Shown here: positions 60,578 to 64,000 of the stretch, in pieces | Position numbering within the stretch: the first letter of the stretch is position 1 | How the letters are laid out: each line of letters starts with the position of its first letter | Assembly: GCA_048772705.1 (NCBI GenBank) | Contig: JBLWGC010000043.1 | Coordinates: 124,001-188,000, forward strand | Direction: 5' to 3' | Source: Leidyana gryllorum EB-2025a | Taxonomy: Eukaryota > Protista > Apicomplexa | Length of the DNA stretch: 64,000 nt | Position numbers and translations under genes: made by a program | The notes under the pieces: generated by a model | Seen by the model: only the letters and a program-made list of their open reading frames with translations | Told to the model about the DNA's origin: nothing | Databases searched by the model: none

Positions 60578-61481
60578 CTAGTTTGCCTGTAACCTTTGGT
60601 TCGGCGTTTCGGTCGGCTTCGATGGCTGTTGTGACTGCTGTTTGCTTTTGGATTATGTGGTTTATGTGTGTTTATCGCTGCATTGTACTGTGTTTGCGTG
60701 TTTGCGAATGTTTAGCTTTCAATTCTCTACATGTTGCGGTTGCTGTAGCGTGCGCAAGTACGGTCTGATGTGGTGTGTATTGTGCTAATAAAAGACTGTG
60801 ACGATATAGTTGTGTTGCTTAGTATGTTGACAGGTATCGTGCTTGTTATGTATTGATTTGTGAGACTATATGAGCTGGATATGCATGATTGTATGAGTGT
60901 ATGGCGTGTATTTTGGTAACTGTGCTGTGATGTGTAGTGTGCTCAGTTTGCTAAAGTGAATATGGAGCAACTTGGAAGGTTATGTGTGAGTGATATTGGT
61001 TTAGATGGTTTGTCTGTTAGGGTGTGAGGGGTCTAGAGTGAGTTAGCGATTGGCTCGTTTATTGAGGGAGTATTTGTAGACGTATAAAAGCTTGTAATGC
61101 TAGATATAGGGGAATCAAAGAGATTCAAGTTGAATTGAGAGTGTTGAGAAGAATGTCATGAGTCCAATGCGTACCGTGGGCATTATGTATTGGAGTGAAT
61201 GGGAATTTGTAAGAATATGCGGATGGAGTCAAGTTATGCATAGGATTTGAGTGTTGATGCGGACGACATGAATTTGGCTAATGATAGGTAGGTTAATAGG
61301 AGTATATTGACAATTGTGATGTAGTTCGAGGTGTTGTAAGAGGGTGGTGGTCAGTTGTTTGCTATAAAACATTGAGAGAGTGTATATATGCTAAGAGTTA
61401 TGAGTATTCGAATTGTTAGTGTACGAGCGGGATGTTAAGGCTGATATGTACGTTGAGTAATAGTGTGCGTGAAGAAGTATT

Positions 61482-61537
61482 GATGGGGTGTGGGGAGCGC
61501 CCTTGTCGCTTCGCTCGGGCGCTTCCCCGTACCCATC
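61482..61537. other. GC-rich imperfect hairpin with GCGAAGC in the loop (minus strand)
   Basis: GATGGGGTGTGGGGAGCGCCC ... GGGCGCTTCCCCGTACCCATC, ~35 nt after the helicase stop. Confidence 0.7.
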
Positions 61538-61572
61538 TTTCTGCATTCAATGATTGAGCCACGATGTAGTTG

Positions 61573-63879
61573 TCAACGCGTAATCATAGAAATGTAAAAG
61601 GGAGATGGTGGAATGTGGCTAAGGTGAATGAAGTTGTGTGATGCAACTATACGGAGTGTATTTGATCTTGGTGTAAGATGAAGGGCAACTTGCTCGATTG
61701 AATGGTTGTTTAACATGTTGTAACGACCCGATGCGTTGCGCTGATCGATGAGAATGAGAGTGGGTAGAGTTTGCGCATCGATGAACACTGTTCTCGTACA
61801 ACCTCTGCCTTCGACGCGGAGCGAATGGTGGTTTGAGAGTATTGTGGAGCTGAAACGTTTGGCAGTGATGGAGTAATGATTAGCTGCAATTGAGGTGAGC
61901 ATGTTGAGATTAGCATGTTGAGGGTGGATTATGGTGATTATCGGGCAGGTGTTGAGAAAGAAGGGGGCAAAGGAGTTGTGCTTGATATCGTCGTAGTAGA
62001 AGACAACTTGGGGAAGGCGTTGTGGCCAATATGTGAATGGCAGACGATCAGGAGTAAGCCAAGATTTAGCGAGGATGCTTTCGTTTGGTAATTTGCCGAA
62101 GAACTTGATGTGGTCGAGTTTGGTTGCTCGGCTGGCAGCGACGTAGAGGAAGCGATAATCTTGCTTGGACAGGTCAATCCCATAAGGATGATCGAATGTA
62201 CGACCCTGCGCTTTGTGGACAGTTAGGCCCCATGCAAGATCGATAGGGTAGATTCGCTTATTCTTATGTAGCATCGGAGCAACTCGACATAGTTTGTTGC
62301 GATTGAGTTTGATCCACAAGTCGTGTTTGAGGGCTTTATGTAAATGGCCAATGCTTCCATTGGTGTAGCCTTTCTTGACGCTTATGTTGGTCGTTATCAT
62401 GGTCTTGGCGTTGCGTTTGAGTATGAGTTGCGTCCACTTGTGTATGGTTCGTTTCGAGTTGGTTCTAGTGGATATTGTCTTGATAGTATATGAGGTTGTT
62501 ACTTGAATGGGTGTGCCAGGCATATGTTGTACTCTCATCTTGTTATAGCGTGTCCTTTCTTCATTGTGACGGAATAGAACGAAAGGTAAGGTGTTGAGAT
62601 CTTTATCAGTGCCTTTGTGAGCATCTACGAACTTGGTGATGGTGGATTTATCGCCGTGTTGAAGAGCTTCGAGGAAGTTAAGGAGATCTGGATCTCGTCC
62701 GTGTCGTACGTTATCGATGAGATCGAACCTTGTAAAGAGCTTTGTGAAGGATGGATCTTCATCAAGTGGAGTTGCTCTGACAGGTGGGAGCTGATCGAAG
62801 TCACCGAAGGCGATAATAGAGATTCCGCCATATGGTAGGCTCTTGCGAGAATCTGGTTTCGAGTTACCGAGGTTAGTTAACCCTAAGTTTAAGTCGCTTA
62901 GAAGCCGTGGCGCCACCATGGATATTTCATCGATAAGGATCAATTCGACGTGTGACGCGTTGTTATGGAGTGTATTCCACGAGCGTGATTGTGTAGTGAG
63001 TACGCTTCCATGGTTCAAGCCAGCAAAATGATGAATGGTTTGGCCCTTGATTAAATAGGCAGCCGTTCCTGTTGGTGCGATGACTTGGCACATGGGCTTG
63101 TCGAGGGTTGTCTTGCCCTCATTGGTATCAATGACTTGGCAGATATGTCGTATCTTGTTGATGAGGAACGATTTTCCAGTGCCTCCTTTACCATGAATGA
63201 GCCATAACAGCTGTGAAGTCCTGCTTGTGTGGATCCACTTGTAGAACTCTATGAGTACTCGAAACTGCGAGGTAGTAACGGTTGAGTTGGGGTCGAAGGA
63301 AAGGGTAGATTGAAGCTGATTTGTTGCGTCATGGTCATCGTCGTCATCATTGTCAGAGTCGTCCGAAGTTGGAATGTCGAATCCAGGATTGTTGAAATCG
63401 TCGTTGACGTGTTCTGGTTCATCATCTTCGTCAGGGGCGTTATCATCGTCGGTATCGTAGCAAATGGAATTTGGTTGCCATCGTGGTTCGTATGGCCGTG
63501 ATTGATGAGCACGTTCAAGGATCTCTTGCTGAGTTTCCGGTGTGTAATCGTTGAAGCACAAGAGTTGATGGACGTCTCTCCAAGGTAAGAAGTAATAGGC
63601 GAGTGATTTGTCGTCGTCAGCTGGGGGTAATGTGGGTGGGTATTGGCCTGCGACAACTACGGGAGCTTGGCGACGTGTGAGATAAAGTTTCTTAGCCGGT
63701 GGAACTGTCATGGGTATGGATCCTGGTTGCCTCTTCGAAACGACATAGTCTCGCGTGAATTCAAATATGCTTAGAGATTCGAGCATGGAAGGACGATTGG
63801 CGTAAATCGTTGGGTATGGTGTAGGTAGTCGAATCTTGGTTGCTTCATCAACAGATTGTGGGCGGTGTATAGCGACCAT
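61573..63879 (-). CDS. PIF1-family SF1B DNA helicase, probably the C-terminal part of a Helitron Rep-Hel protein
   Basis: GKGGTGKS, APTGTAA, GQTIH, IDEISM, FGDFDQLPPV, TVHKAQG, YVAASRA; upstream YxxRPxxLExLSxxEF linker. Confidence 0.88.
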   Translation of the reverse strand: MVAIHRPQSVDEATKIRLPTPYPTIYANRPSMLESLSIFEFTRDYVVSKRQPGSIPMTVPPAKKLYLTRRQAPVVVAGQYPPTLPPADDDKSLAYYFLPWRDVHQLLCFNDYTPETQQEILERAHQSRPYEPRWQPNSICYDTDDDNAPDEDDEPEHVNDDFNNPGFDIPTSDDSDNDDDDDHDATNQLQSTLSFDPNSTVTTSQFRVLIEFYKWIHTSRTSQLLWLIHGKGGTGKSFLINKIRHICQVIDTNEGKTTLDKPMCQVIAPTGTAAYLIKGQTIHHFAGLNHGSVLTTQSRSWNTLHNNASHVELILIDEISMVAPRLLSDLNLGLTNLGNSKPDSRKSLPYGGISIIAFGDFDQLPPVRATPLDEDPSFTKLFTRFDLIDNVRHGRDPDLLNFLEALQHGDKSTITKFVDAHKGTDKDLNTLPFVLFRHNEERTRYNKMRVQHMPGTPIQVTTSYTIKTISTRTNSKRTIHKWTQLILKRNAKTMITTNISVKKGYTNGSIGHLHKALKHDLWIKLNRNKLCRVAPMLHKNKRIYPIDLAWGLTVHKAQGRTFDHPYGIDLSKQDYRFLYVAASRATKLDHIKFFGKLPNESILAKSWLTPDRLPFTYWPQRLPQVVFYYDDIKHNSFAPFFLNTCPIITIIHPQHANLNMLTSIAANHYSITAKRFSSTILSNHHSLRVEGRGCTRTVFIDAQTLPTLILIDQRNASGRYNMLNNHSIEQVALHLTPRSNTLRIVASHNFIHLSHIPPSPFYISMITR

Positions 63880-64000
63880 GAAGTTGAAAGGCTTGAGATA
63901 TACTGTGTTCCATGTGGTCGTTACTGGAAAGCGGCCTTGGCAGGTGAGTGTTGCTTCTTGTAGACTGAGGCGACGTGATAGGTTTAGGTCTTGTGTTTTG

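Larger units (their letters stand above)
60578..64000 (-). mobile_element. Helitron-like element, 3' portion
   Basis: PIF1 helicase ORF; minus strand ends in a weak hairpin then CTAG|T at the Gypsy junction. Confidence 0.65.

Overview
Eukaryotic, repeat-saturated region with no recognisable host protein gene; the organism cannot be identified from the sequence. (i) 1-918 and ~5800-13016: dense mosaic of roughly 40 tRNA genes, pseudogenes and fragments covering 17 amino acids, built from duplicated and inverted blocks. (ii) ~920-5800 and ~13020-60577: deeply nested, mostly decayed Ty3/Gypsy LTR retrotransposons (several with chromodomains) and more than 20 short LTRs. (iii) 24.6-29.4 kb: an 11-bp minisatellite and a 1101-bp tandem repeat. 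(iv) 60578-64000: 3' part of a Helitron-like element with a PIF1 helicase. The standout is a Gypsy element with intact gag and pol (49686-55925). Its ~640-bp LTRs (third, solo copy at 58094-58731) each carry three tRNA-derived units that keep A/B boxes and tRNA spacing but have lost cloverleaf pairing, and its PBS matches tRNA-Ala genes in this window. Separately, many short LTRs appear protein-coding at both ends: an integrase tail in U3 and a Gag MxLR[NS]G[KR] start in U5. All coordinates were read by eye and may be off by a few bases.
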